NCBI RefSeq assembly: GCF_001447785.1
Contig: NW_015164671.1
Coordinates: forward strand, 157,098 to 221,097
Origin: Gekko japonicus
Taxonomy: Eukaryota
Direction of reading: 5' to 3'
DNA: 64,000 nt
The notes beneath the pieces were generated by a model. The model had not been told where the DNA came from, searched no databases, and worked only from the letters and a program-made list of their open reading frames with translations. This document shows positions 1 through 10,766 of this stretch, in pieces. Positions within the stretch are counted from its first letter, which is position 1; every line of letters starts with the position of its first letter. The position numbers and the translations under genes were made by a program.

Positions 1-601
1 TGGCACAGCACACCATGCCCAATCCGGTAAGCGGCCGCTGCCCAGTGGAGCTCCTCCTGGGCTGGAGACCTTGGACCCTGCTGGACCGCCTGCACCCAGA
101 CCGGGCCCAGGAGGGGAGGGGCTTGACTGAGCAGCGGGAGGCTCCCCGAGGGTTCTTTCCGGAAGACACGGTCTTCGCCAAGAACTTTAGTTGGGGCCCG
201 CATGGCTGGCCGGCCGCATCATCCGTCCACTGGGAACCCGTATGTACGAAGTGTCGACCGAGTGTGGGCAAGTACTACGGAGACACGTCGATCAGCTCTG
301 GCAGCGCATACTCCCGGAACACACCAACACGGGAAGCCCAGAACCGCAGCCGGCACTGGAGGAGGATGCGCAGCCACCCCTAGAGCCGGTCTCTACCCCA
401 GGAGAACAGCCGAGCCTGCCACCCAGTCCACCCGCGATCGCGGAAGAGGGCCCAGCTGCAGGAGTTGCAGAGCCAGAGGGGCCTCCACAGGTAACACACC
501 CCAACACAGCTGACAGGGCCCCCGAGGCCCCAGTACCAACCCCTCGACGGTCCACGAGAGAGCGACGGTCCCCATCGTATTTGAAGGACTACGTCACCTA
601 G
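1..601 (+). pseudogene. Gypsy/Ty3 LTR retrotransposon pol, integrase C-terminal remnant (frameshifted)
   Basis: The 15..383 frame reads PNPVSGRCPVELLLGWRPWTLLDRLHP (like TPHSTTGxSPAELLxGRxLRTxLDxL). After a frameshift near 190-200 it continues in the 191..601 frame as GPAWLAGRIIRPLGTRMYEV...RRHVDQL and ends RRSTRERRSPSYLKDYVT, a typical vertebrate Gypsy integrase tail. Confidence 0.88.
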
Positions 602-617
602 GGTGGGTCCGAACTAT

Positions 618-628
618 GGGGGGAGGGA
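618..628 (+). other. Polypurine tract (PPT) of the Gypsy element
   Basis: GGGGGGAGGGA lies immediately before the TG that starts the LTR. Confidence 0.85.
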
Positions 629-902
629 TGTAGTGTATGCTGACCACCATCGGGGGCCAGCGAACAGCCAGAGCTTGGCTCTGGAAGAACAATAGGGACT
701 AGACTCCTAATCCCTCCACTTGGGAACCAATGGGAACCATGCCGGGAGATTCAAACCCACCAATGGTGACCAGGGGTGTGTCCCCAGGTATGTATATAGT
801 TGGCCTGCAGGCCGTTTGTTCCTTGTTCTTGTTGTGTACCAAATAAAGCGTGCCATGCACCACGTCGTCGTCGGTCGTTTATCCATGCGGCAACCCACTA
901 CA
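629..902 (+). mobile_element. 3' LTR of the Gypsy element (274 bp)
   Basis: Starts TGTAGTG and ends CACTACA (7-bp inverted termini). It follows the PPT, has a TATA-like TATATAG at ~793-799 and AATAAA at 842-847. Confidence 0.9.
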
Positions 903-1502
903 TAACAAAATCACTCCCCAATATCCTCTTCAGTCCCGTCCCAAGTTGGCCCATAGTACACCATGGAGCTCAGAGGGATGAAGCAGGAAGTTAAGACAAA
1001 TAAAATGAGTTTGGATATGGTCTCATGATGAAGCCTCAAGAGCATCTTATAGGATGTTTATGAAATCCTATGAGATGGTGGTGAAGATTTCTAAGAGGGA
1101 ATTCTATGCAGCCTCCATGGTATCCCTAGTTCTCACCCAGCACAATTGTTTAGGCTAATTAGAACTCTGAACTCTCTCACTGCGAGAACTAAGAAGACCA
1201 GTAATTCAGCCATAAGCTGTGAGGCATTTGCAAGCTCTATTGCAGGGAAAGTCTTCTTGCTCCACCACAACCTGCCTGCCAACTTTGATACAATATGTGA
1301 CCTAGAGGCCCCTTCACTGCCTTTGGAGTCAGTATTTGACAAATTCAGCCAGCTTTCTGAGGCCAATTTTGACAGGATCCCGAGTGCTGCAAAGGTAACC
1401 ATGTGCCTCTTAGACCTGTGTCTTTTGTGGCTGGTGCAGGCTGCTGAGGAGGGTATACTCTGTCCATACATTATCAATCTGTCCCTTAGCTTAGGGGTCT
1501 AT

Positions 1503-2458
1503 CCAGAGGGCTTAAAAGAGGCAATGGTAATAACACTCTTGAAGAAACCATTGCTGGATCTATCCTATCTATCCAATTACCACCCAGCTTCAAATCTTTC
1601 ATTCCTGGGTAAGGTAATTGAGAGAGTGACAGCTGAGCAGCTCCAGAGATTCCTGGAGGATACACCATTACTAGGCCCCTTCCAGTCTGGCTTCCACCCT
1701 GGTCATGAGATGGAGACTGTGCTGCTCACCCTCATGGATGATGTCCTCAGACAGTTGGACTGAGGCAGGTCAGTGCTGATATTATTGCTAGACTTAACAA
1801 TGGCATTCAACACAGTTGATCATGATCTGCTAGTTCATCGCCTCACTGACTCTGGGGTACATGGGACAGCCTTGAAGTGTGTTGTCTCATTTATCCATGG
1901 TCAAGGACAGAGGATGGCACTCAGAGAGAGGGTCTCTTCTCAAGACCCTATTGTATGTGGGGTCCCTCATGTGGGCTATCCCAGAGGGCTTAAAAGAGGC
2001 AATGGTAATAACACTCTTGAAGAAACCATTGCTGGATCTATCCTATCTATCCAATTACCACCCAGCTTCAAATCTTTCATTCCTGGGTAAGGTAATTGAG
2101 AGAGTGACAGCTGAGCAGCTCCAGAGATTCCTGGAGGATACACCATTACTAGGCCCCTTCCAGTCTGGCTTCCACCCTGGTCATGAGATGGAGACTGTGC
2201 TGCTCACCCTCATGGATGATGTCCTCAGACAGTTGGACTGAGGCAGGTCAGTGCTGATATTATTGCTAGACTTAACAATGGCATTCAACACAGTTGATCA
2301 TGATCTGCTAGTTCATCGCCTCACTGACTCTGGGGTACATGGGACAGCCTTGAAGTGTGTTGTCTCATTTATCCATGGTCAAGGACAGAGGATGGCACTC
2401 AGAGAGAGGGTCTCTTCTCAAGACCCTATTGTATGTGGGGTCCCTCATGTGGGCTATC
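1503..2458 (+). repeat. 478-bp direct tandem duplication (1503-1980 / 1981-2458)
   Basis: Both units start CCAGAGGGCTTAAAAGAGG and end CCTCATGTGGGCTATC. The translated ORFs repeat identically. Confidence 0.95.
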
Positions 2459-3186
2459 CTCCCCAATGTTGTTTAACATCTGTATGTGCCCTCTCACCCA
2501 ACTGGTGCAGAGCTTCAGACTGGGATGCCATCTGTACACTGATGACACCCAGCTTTACCTGTTGATGGGTGGGCAGCTGGACACTGCCCCAAGAAATTTG
2601 GCTGAGTGTTTGGAGGCTGTGTTGAGGTGGTTGAAACAGAGCCAACTGAAATGGAATCTAGCAGAGACGGAGGTTCTCTGGCTGGGTAGGGGAGATTCAG
2701 GTTTGGGGTGCCAACTCCTGGCTGCTGACCATACGCCTTTAACACCAGTCAAGAGTTTGGTTGTGTTTTTGGATGCCTCTTTATCAGTGGAGGCCGAGAC
2801 CACAAACATTGCCAGACTGGCATTCTTCCAGTTGCACCAAATCAGACAACTGGTCCCCTACTCATCTCACCCTGACCTAGCCACAGTAATCCATGAAACA
2901 GTCACCTTTAGGCTTGATTACTGTAACTCAATCTACACAGTGCTGCCCTGAGGCTGATCCAGAAGCTACAACTTTTCCAGAATGCAGCGGCCCAGGTCCT
3001 TACTGGGACACCAGTAATAGCATCTATCCAAACTGTGCTTCACCAGCTGCACTGGCTCCAAGCTGAGTACCAGGTTAGGCTCAAGGTGTTGGTTTTGACC
3101 TTTAAAGCCCTAAATGGTCAGGGACTAACATACTTGCAGGATCGCCTCTCCTGGTATGTCCACTGGAGAGCACTATGCTCAGGAGA

Positions 3187-3515
3187 TAGGGCTGCCAAAT
3201 GTGGGTGGGGGGCGGGGAATCCCCCGCTTTGAAGGGCCGATTTCCAACGCGGCGGAATCAGGCCCCGGGGGAACCCCGCCCCCGGCATGCGCGTCACTAG
3301 CAAGTGACGTGGGCACGCCGGGCACGCTGGGGGCGGGGCCACGGCCATACAAGGGAGAACTCTATGGTTTCCCCTTGTATGGCCGTGGCCCCGCCCCCAG
3401 CGTTCCCAGCGTGCCTACGTCACTTCTAGGTGACGTGTACATGGCGGGCGGGCGCACACCCCCGACGCTGGCCAGGAGCCCCCTGCTCCCGGCGAAGACG
3501 GATTTGGCAACCCTT
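3187..3515. mobile_element. hAT-type (Blackjack-like TIR) palindromic MITE
   Basis: TIRs TAGGGCTGCCAAAT / ATTTGGCAACCCTT; perfect 8-bp TSD TCAGGAGA (3179-3186, 3516-3523); long GC-rich internal palindrome centred at ~3360. Confidence 0.92.
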
Positions 3516-3696
3516 TCAGGAGAACAATATCTACTGGAAGTCCCTGGCCCAAGGAGCATCTGGCTGCCCTCAGCCAGAGTCAGGGCCTTCTTGGTCCTGG
3601 CTCTGTCTTGGTGGAACTCTTTGCCAAATAACATCAGGGCCCTGCAGGACTTGTTACAATTCTGGAGGGCTTGCAAAGCAGATATGTTCTGCCAAG

Positions 3697-3958
3697 AGTG
3701 TGGACTTTAATTTGGGAGAACAGGGTTTGATTCCTCACTCCTCCACATGCAGCTTCTGGAGAGACGTTGGGTCAGTTGCAAGTTCTTTCAGAGCTGTTCT
3801 CTCAAGGGCAGTTCTCAAAAGAGCTCTCTCAGCCCCCCCTACCTCACAGGGTGTCTGTTGTGGGGAGGGGAAGGGAAAGGAGATTGTAAGCCACACTGAG
3901 ACTCCTTCAGGTAGTGAAGGGTGGGGTATAAATCCAATTTCTTTTCTTCTTCTTCTTT
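3697..3958 (+). mobile_element. tRNA-derived SINE with L2-type tail and (TTC)n end (Squam2-like)
   Basis: B-box-like GGTTTGATTCC at ~3724, body CTCAGCCCCCCCTACCTCACAGGGTGTCTGTTGTGG, tail TGTAAGCCAC...GGGTATAAAT followed by (TTC)n. Confidence 0.7.
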
Positions 3959-4854
3959 AAGCTAGCCAGTAAATTGTGAGCATGTGCCAACAATCAAAAT
4001 CTGACCAGCCATTATGCTGAATACTGCCACAGAGAAGACACAAAATTATTTCAAATGCTCTTCATTTTGAACTACAAGGAAATATTAAGCCAAAGTTTAT
4101 CTTAGAAAATGTAGCAAGATAAATTCAATTTTCAAACACCTGTTTTATGCCAAACCCTTAATTTTAATGTCATTCACTATAACTTGATTTTTTAAAAAAT
4201 ATATGGCTTTCTTTTAAATCGTTATAATAGAAAATACATTTTCTGTTCTGACCCTTCCCCGTTGAGTTCAGATGAAATTGTCAGGGATGTTAACCCCTGC
4301 TCTGTGAACCTGTATGCCATATTTCAACCTGAGAGAAGATTTAAATTTCTAAGGTTATTTAAAATAAAATGCATGTCAAAAAAAGAGAGGTTATTTATTG
4401 ATCCTTGGAACACCTCTGTACTGACACAGGGATCCAGCTATGCAGATAGCTTAGTCTGTGTTGATCTTGTAGTCTTGTAGACATCAGTCATGTCAGCAGG
4501 CAGATGCCTAGTCTGGGTGGAAGCCATGGCGATATGTGCCTTCTGACGGTATGAGTGCCTGAGACCAGAGTAAGCCACATGCAGTACTTAGGGCTCAGCA
4601 AACTAAAGAAGCAAGGACAACAGTGATACTGAAGGCTCTGGGCTGGAACTGGAGTTTGACATGTCATAGAAGAACCAGCTGAGATCTGCACCACTTTTAT
4701 CACACAAGATGAAAACTGTGGTGTAGTTGAAAAGGGTCAGGATTTCGATGTCAAACTATCATTTGAATCGTTATGTATAAGTGTAGGTTGTTCTCTAAGG
4801 ACACTTTATTGGTAGTAAGCTTCATTGGATAAGATGGGACTTACTTCTGAGCAT

Positions 4855-5230
4855 TTGAAGGACCATCTCCTTTTATATGTCCCTGTGCACCAACTATGGT
4901 CATCAAGGTAACCATCAGTTGGCTATCTCACAACTTAACGGTGGCCTGCCTGGCATCAACCAGAGCCTGGGCCTTTTCCACTGTGGCTCTGGCTCTGCTG
5001 AACGGGCTACAGCAGGGGGGGGATGTCCTTGGAGATCTTCAGGAGGTGCTGCAAGGCTTGCTTCTTTGCCAGGGCTTTTTAGGGGGCTTGAATTGGTAGG
5101 CATCTTTAAAGTGGGGGAAAGCAAGATTTGGAGTTTGTTTATTTTGTTTAACTAAAAATGTTTTAAAATTATTATTGTGAGCCAGATTGAACCACAAGGA
5201 AAGGCAGGTTAAAAATGTTTAAATAAATAG
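4855..5230 (+). mobile_element. Old L2 3' fragment
   Basis: Reads like LKDHLL..Y.P...ASTRAWAFSTVA; 3' tail TTGTGAGCC...AAGGCAGGTTAAAAATGTTTAAATAAATA. Confidence 0.6.
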
Positions 5231-5721
5231 CTGAATAGATTTGCTTAGGATTGGTAGATTGAAATCAGGGGATAACAGCATGTCTGAACAGTTATTTTTT
5301 CTGGGCTGAAACATGTCATTGGTGTGCTGGGATTTATTTATTTCAGTTTGGAGTCTGTGCCATCTTGTAGCTCTTTTATGTGCAGCTCACAGAGGCGTTC
5401 TACCTATCCAGAATACATCTTGCATCCTGACATCATTACCTTTTTTCCTGTTGCCGGGCAAACCAAAAGGTGACACCAATAAAATGCCTAGTGCAAAAAT
5501 TACTAGGCAAATTTTTAAAAATCCAAAAATAACAGAAAAGAATGAAAACGTTTGTTTACAGCAATCAATAATCATGTATATATATTCAAAATAACTGCTC
5601 ATGACAAGTCTGTTCTCTGGAATCTCCTCAATTACTTGGAGTAGGTGAGGCATTTTTACCCAAATTTTCATATTATGTAAATAAATACAGACAAAAATTG
5701 ACCCAAAGATTATTCACCTGA

Positions 5722-6007
5722 GACTGATTCTGCAAAAGCAGTTGTTCCGCCCTCCATCTCCCATTTCCCCCGGTTGTACTGCTCAGTTTCCCACTATTTG
5801 CTGCACAGCAACATTTTGATCCACATCTCCCCCTGATTTCCCCCCTGTCTTCTTGGGCCTAAAAAATAAGGATCAAGAAGACACGGGAAATTGGGAGGGG
5901 AGATGTGGGTCAAAATGCAGCCACGCAGCAAACAGTGGGAAATTGAGCAGTACAACCGGGGAAAATGGGAGACCGAGGGTGCAACAACTGCTTTTGTGGA
6001 ATCAGTC
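5722..6007. mobile_element. PIF/Harbinger-type palindromic MITE
   Basis: Arms of ~120 bp are inverted copies (GACTGATTCTGCAAAAGCAGTTGTT... / ...AACAACTGCTTTTGTGGAATCAGTC); 3-bp TSD TGA at 5719-5721 and 6008-6010. Confidence 0.85.
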
Positions 6008-6931
6008 TGAGTCATTTGAAATAATTAGGGCATGGTGTTCAAAACAACATTTAGTCAAATCTTTCCTTTCCCGGGGTCAGAGATTTTTGGCTGGTACAAT
6101 GGATAGTTAAGTAATGTATAATGCCTTGTGCTTCTTACATGATTGGGGAAACTGTCAGTTATTGGGATATACAAGTATTTGAATTCTGTGATTTTGAGAA
6201 TCCTCAAATTATCTGTGATTGTTTATAAATCTAAAATTCATAGAATATGTTACATACTCCATTGACCAACAGGAAAAGGAGGGCCACATTGCTGCTGTGG
6301 GAAGTATCCAGACTACAATACTTTACAGATCCCTCTGATGAAGCATATGCAGGGGTCTCAAAACAAATTAAAATTAATTCTCCCACTGACCAATTGTCTC
6401 TTGGGTTTTTTTTTTGCTGCATGCTCCATTAAGGCATGGGAACTCAGTGATTCCACAGTCCAGGTTCTAAATGGCATGTCCAGGTGTGTCTGACAGCTGT
6501 GCCTTATTAAGAAGTCCTTATGTACAGGTTTGGGTCAGAGTCAGGAATCACTCTGTGTGCACTAAGCTAAAGGGATGTGATCACTTGAAAACTGGAGTAT
6601 CAACATAGGATGATGGCCAAAGGTGAGCCTCAAGTACAGGGAAATGCTGATAAACAGGAATGCAGGAAACATGTATAAGTCTTTAATGAGAAAAAAATGA
6701 GAGAAACCACATGGTTGTATAATCAAAGTTCTAGGGATCACCAGCCTCTTTCTATTGGCATTTGTGGGTCAATCAATGTCAGGGGAAGAAAAATGTTGTT
6801 GTTTTCCATCCAAGAATAAATAGATGACTGTAGGGTGCTATATTTTGGCTAGATAACTGACTTGACTGACAGAAGACCTTGGTTCTTGTTTATGTCTTCT
6901 CCACTAAGCTTCAGCAGACACTTTAGACAGC

Positions 6932-7176
6932 TCAGGATGCCAGCCTCCAGGTGGGACCTGTGGATCCCCTGGAATTACAGCTCATCTCTGGACTACAAAA
7001 ACCAGTTTCCCTGGAGAAAATGTGTGCTTTGGAGGGTGGACTCTGTGACATTGTACCCCACTGAGTTTGCTGTGCTCCACAGTCTCAATCCCCAAATCTC
7101 TAGGAGGTTCCCAATCTGGATCTGGCAACCCTACCCCCCATCTCCTGCTGGTGGCCAGGGAGACCTTGCAACACTA
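6932..7176 (+). mobile_element. Abundant short interspersed repeat ending TGGCAACCCTA (hAT-derived non-autonomous family)
   Basis: Core CAGTTCCCCTGGAGAAAATGGCTGCTTTGGAGGGTGGACTCTATGGCAT-like, recurring at ~8730-8932, 32205-32332, 32500-32585, 33730-33953, 55519-55690, 56163-56300 and 56365-56560. Confidence 0.7.
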
Positions 7177-7424
7177 GTAGGACACAAAGCAGGAGGTGAG
7201 GACTATAAAAACAGAGGAACTCTGTGCATAGTGTCTTAGAATACATAGGTCCTAATGAGGGTTTTTTGGTGTATAGAATAGTTCTGTGAATAGTATTTCT
7301 GTTCCTTTAAAGCATATTTACTTTCTGTTTGTCTTTTCTGGCCTAGCAGTTCTAACTTAGCAGCAGTGTGCTTTAGTCCTGGTTGCTTGTAAGTCACTGT
7401 TGTTCTCTAGTTATACTTGTAACC

Positions 7425-8205
7425 TAGGGTTGTCCAGTCCAATTCTCCTGGTGGCAGGGGTGGGAGGGAGCCATACGGGAGTTTGGGTGGCAGGGCGATG
7501 TTGCTGTTGGTGCATTGGTGCAATGATGTCACACAGAAGTGATGTTATCATACCAGGGATGTTGTGCATCGATGATCTAGCATTTTGGCTAAAACTCTAT
7601 GGGTTTTGGCCAAAATGCTAGAGTGTCAATGCACAGCATCCCGGGCATGATGATGTTGTTGGAAATATGTGTGTTGAAAGGTCTAAAATTCAGTGATTAT
7701 AGGGTTAATGTGTGTTTACCTTGTGTGCTATTGTTTAGACTGACCTGGAAGGGAACCTGGCACAGAGCCAATGGGAAGAGAGTCTAGGAAACTGAAGCCT
7801 ATTTACCAACAATCATTGGTTAATGCATTCAGGTGATTTCCTTCTAGGGGTCAAGAAGAAGAATCTCCACTGTTGTAGACCGTGTGGTCAAAGTGTAAAG
7901 GTGTAGTCTTAGGTGTTTTTGTTGTTTTGTAGATTTACTGTGAACCCTTCCCTTAGAAATAAAGATTTTATATAGAAGAAAATGCTTCCTCTCCAGTGAA
8001 GCAAAGATCCATTGTAATCTCTGAATATTTAACTATTTTGCCAGTTTTTCCAACAGATGTCACAGGTGTCATCATGCTGACCATGTCAATGTGTAACAGG
8101 CCTCTTTGGGGGTGGGGCTTCCCCTGCTGGCCAGCTGGCGAGTGGTGGATTGGATCCCTGAAGATCGGGGGATCTCCTGGCCAGACCAGGGGTCTGGCTA
8201 CCCTA
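7425..8205. mobile_element. hAT Blackjack-like MITE interrupted by a solo LTR
   Basis: TAGGGTTGTCCAG...CTGGCTACCCTA; TSD TTGTAACC / TTTTAACC (7/8); internal palindrome around AAAACTCTATGG (~7591). Confidence 0.82.
7657..8055 (+). mobile_element. Solo LTR (399 bp)
   Basis: Termini TGTTGGAAA...TTTCCAACA (9-bp inverted repeat); perfect 5-bp TSD GATGT (7652-7656, 8056-8060); AATAAA at 7958-7963. Confidence 0.9.
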
Positions 8206-8729
8206 TTTTAACCTCTTATTCTGGTTTCCAATAAAGTTAGTTGAGATCTCATATCATCTTTGTATGAAGTTAATACTTAGTTTGATTTGCTACTGGTTTG
8301 GTTCGTGGTTTGTCTGCAACTTGTGATCAATGTTAAATGTTTGCCCAGCTGTTCATTTCTGTTCACATACTTCAGTATGTTCAACTGTGAAAACAACCTA
8401 GTAATGTGCACACATACTCACACTGTCTCCCCCCATCCTGTCTGCCACAGTCCTTCTCCATCTGCTGTTATCTTCATTTTTAAAGTTTTTATAAACATAT
8501 ATGTTTCATAGTTGGGGAATTTCAGATCTTGTTAATGCCAAAGTCAAGACAATTGGCCAGATCTGGAACAATTTGTGCATATGCATTCTTACACTGCCTC
8601 ATAGCACTTGTAGTTGTAACTTCTTCCACTATAGATAATTTAAATGATATATACTCCTTATGCAGGTGCAAAGAGGAGGTAAACTGCCAATGATCTATGT
8701 TCCGACAGTGACCCACAAGAACAGAATAG

Positions 8730-8932
8730 CTAACCACCAGGTGGAGCCTAGAGATCTCCCAGAATTACAATAGATGTTCAGACCACAAATGTCAGTTCCT
8801 TTGGAGAAAATGGCAACTTTGGGGGGAGAACGTTTATGGCATTATATCCCCACTGAGCTCCCTCCCCTCCCAAAATTCTTCTCTTACCAGGCACCATGTC
8901 CAAATCTCCATGAATTTCCCAAGCACAGCTTG
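8730..8932 (+). mobile_element. Copy of the 6932-7176 repeat family
   Basis: CCAGGTGGAGCCTAGAGATCTCCCAGAATTACA...GGAGAAAATGGCAACTTTGG...GAATTTCCCAA. Confidence 0.65.
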
Positions 8933-9328
8933 GGAAATATTTAATATTTTGCCAGTGATTGATCTGGTTCTGTATGCCAATTATACAAGCACAAAAGATG
9001 CCACAAGTTGCAGCACATAAATTAAAAATGCACTTATTTACTAAAGTATGACCTGCCCGTGACCTTGTAGCATATGAAGCAATATATGCAGTAAAGTCTT
9101 CAGTAGCAACTATCGCACAGGTGCAAAATTGTTTGATGTGATGTATGATTTAGACTTGAGCTAAACATTGAAGCAGTCTGATGCTGGGTTTGAGTTGTGA
9201 GTACATGAGCAGATTGTTCAAAAGTCAAGCACATTTTTTTGCAAAAACTGAAGCCTCTCTAGTCCTAACCAAAAGTCCTAACCAAAAGCTCTAGTCCTAA
9301 GTAAAAGCTCTTTTAGGCATGGGCTTAG

Positions 9329-10240
9329 TTTTAATTTTTTATTTTTTCCACATAAGACAAACATAAACATACATAAAATTGGGGTGTTCCATTCTACATC
9401 ACAGTTTTATCTACTAAACTACCTCATATATTATCTAAATACATTTCATTTTTCACCGTATCTTGTGATCTTTTGCACATATATGTATTAAATTATTATT
9501 TACTACTAAATCAAACTTTGTCTAAGCATTTTGTTATATTCTTCAATTAACGATATTTAAAGTCTATAATTCTTATTTTCTTCTGGATTAGACTTTAACT
9601 TGATGCTTCATTATACTTTTCAGTCCATTTATGAAGTCTTATTCCACTTTGATTCTTACAGTTTCCCTCAACAATTTTTAGTCTTTTTTGTAGTGCTTCA
9701 TCCTCTTCTTCATTTTCTGGTTTCTCCTCTTAAGTTTTAGAGTCATGCTTCTATGTCTTTTTCCCTTGTAGGTGTAGAAGGTGTCTTCCAGTGTTAGCCA
9801 TCTGTACTCAATTTTTGAGATGATTTGAAATTCCACAAGTTCTTCTCTTTCCTCTCTCTGAAGTGGTGTAACAATCCCTGCCCATACATCTTCAGTTATA
9901 ATGAATCCTCTAGATATTAAATTATGACAGGTTTCCTTAGAGGATCTCCAAATTTCAATTCAGAATACAGTTATTACTGCTGTCAGAGTGGCAATGAAAA
10001 AAGTTTTGGATTCTATTCAAGACAAAAGGAAACTTTACCACAACAAATCGTTACTAAGAGGGAGGAACTTCAGAAACAATGGAAAGAAGATATACAAAAT
10101 TCTGTGTATATAAAAGATATAGAGGAAATCTACAATCAAACGGATATGATCTACAGAATGGACTATGCACCTACAAAGAGAAACAAAACCTTCAAAGATG
10201 TGTATTTGAGCTCTTATAAAAGAAAGATAAGCAATTAATG
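9329..10240. mobile_element. Rearranged L1-derived remnant: ORF1 C-terminus plus 3' UTR on minus (~9329-9960), ORF1 RRM piece on plus (~9961-10240)
   Basis: Minus strand reads KIEYRWLTLEDTFYTYKGKRHR (compare GISYRWAIPEGVIFKINDKREK in the 60280 ORF1). Plus strand reads IEEIYNQTDMIYRMDYAPTKRNKTFKDVYL (compare LVKEMETAYRAYSNYIKKNSLPGEIVV). A T-rich poly(A) remnant lies at ~9329-9347. Confidence 0.55.
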
Positions 10241-10766
10241 ATGATGCATAATACCTCTGCTAGCAGTCCCACCCCCTGCAAAAGTACAGACATTGACTAC
10301 CATCTTTCATGAATCCATCAGTTTGGCAAAACAGACTGAACACTTTAACAGTATACTATCCAGTCTTGTAAGAACTTGTTATTCAAGGGAAAGTGTGGTG
10401 TGTGTCACACAGTTTTTTAAGTAACACAGTGTTGTATGCCCACCTACACATCATATATCTCGACACTGTGAAAATGCTCATGTGTCAAACCAGCGTGAGC
10501 CAATTTAGAATTCTCAAAAACAGCAGTCTTTTTTTAATATGATTGCAGAAGATGCTCATAATTAGCAAAGCAAATACAGTTTAAGTTAAAGGGACTGCTC
10601 CCATTATTAGATATGTCATGCTGTTTTGAAATCTACTTCTGTATGTCCAGAGGCTTGGGAATAGGGCAGGCCATACATTCAGCAAATAAATAATATTTGT
10701 TGTCTAGGCATTTTATACTTTCTTCATTTGCCAGTCTTTTGCATCAGTTCACTAATAGATGAACTA

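Larger units (their letters stand above)
903..3710 (+). mobile_element. Decayed L2 LINE (RT domain and C-terminus) with stops and frameshifts
   Basis: Motifs PFQSGFHPGHEMETVLL, LLDLTMAFNTVDH, CGVP, YTDDTQLY, RLDYCNS, LHWL and SWWNSLP across ORFs 1146..1763, 1773..2090, 2355..2951, 3035..3232 and the end of 3156..3710. Interrupted by a tandem duplication and a MITE. Confidence 0.88.

Noticed and set aside
3156-3710. 184-aa ORF
   Set aside because: It is a chimeric read-through of a GC-rich MITE and the L2 C-terminus.
9259-9310. Short AGTCCTAACCAAAAG triplication
   Set aside because: Ordinary local slippage duplication; no functional inference is possible.
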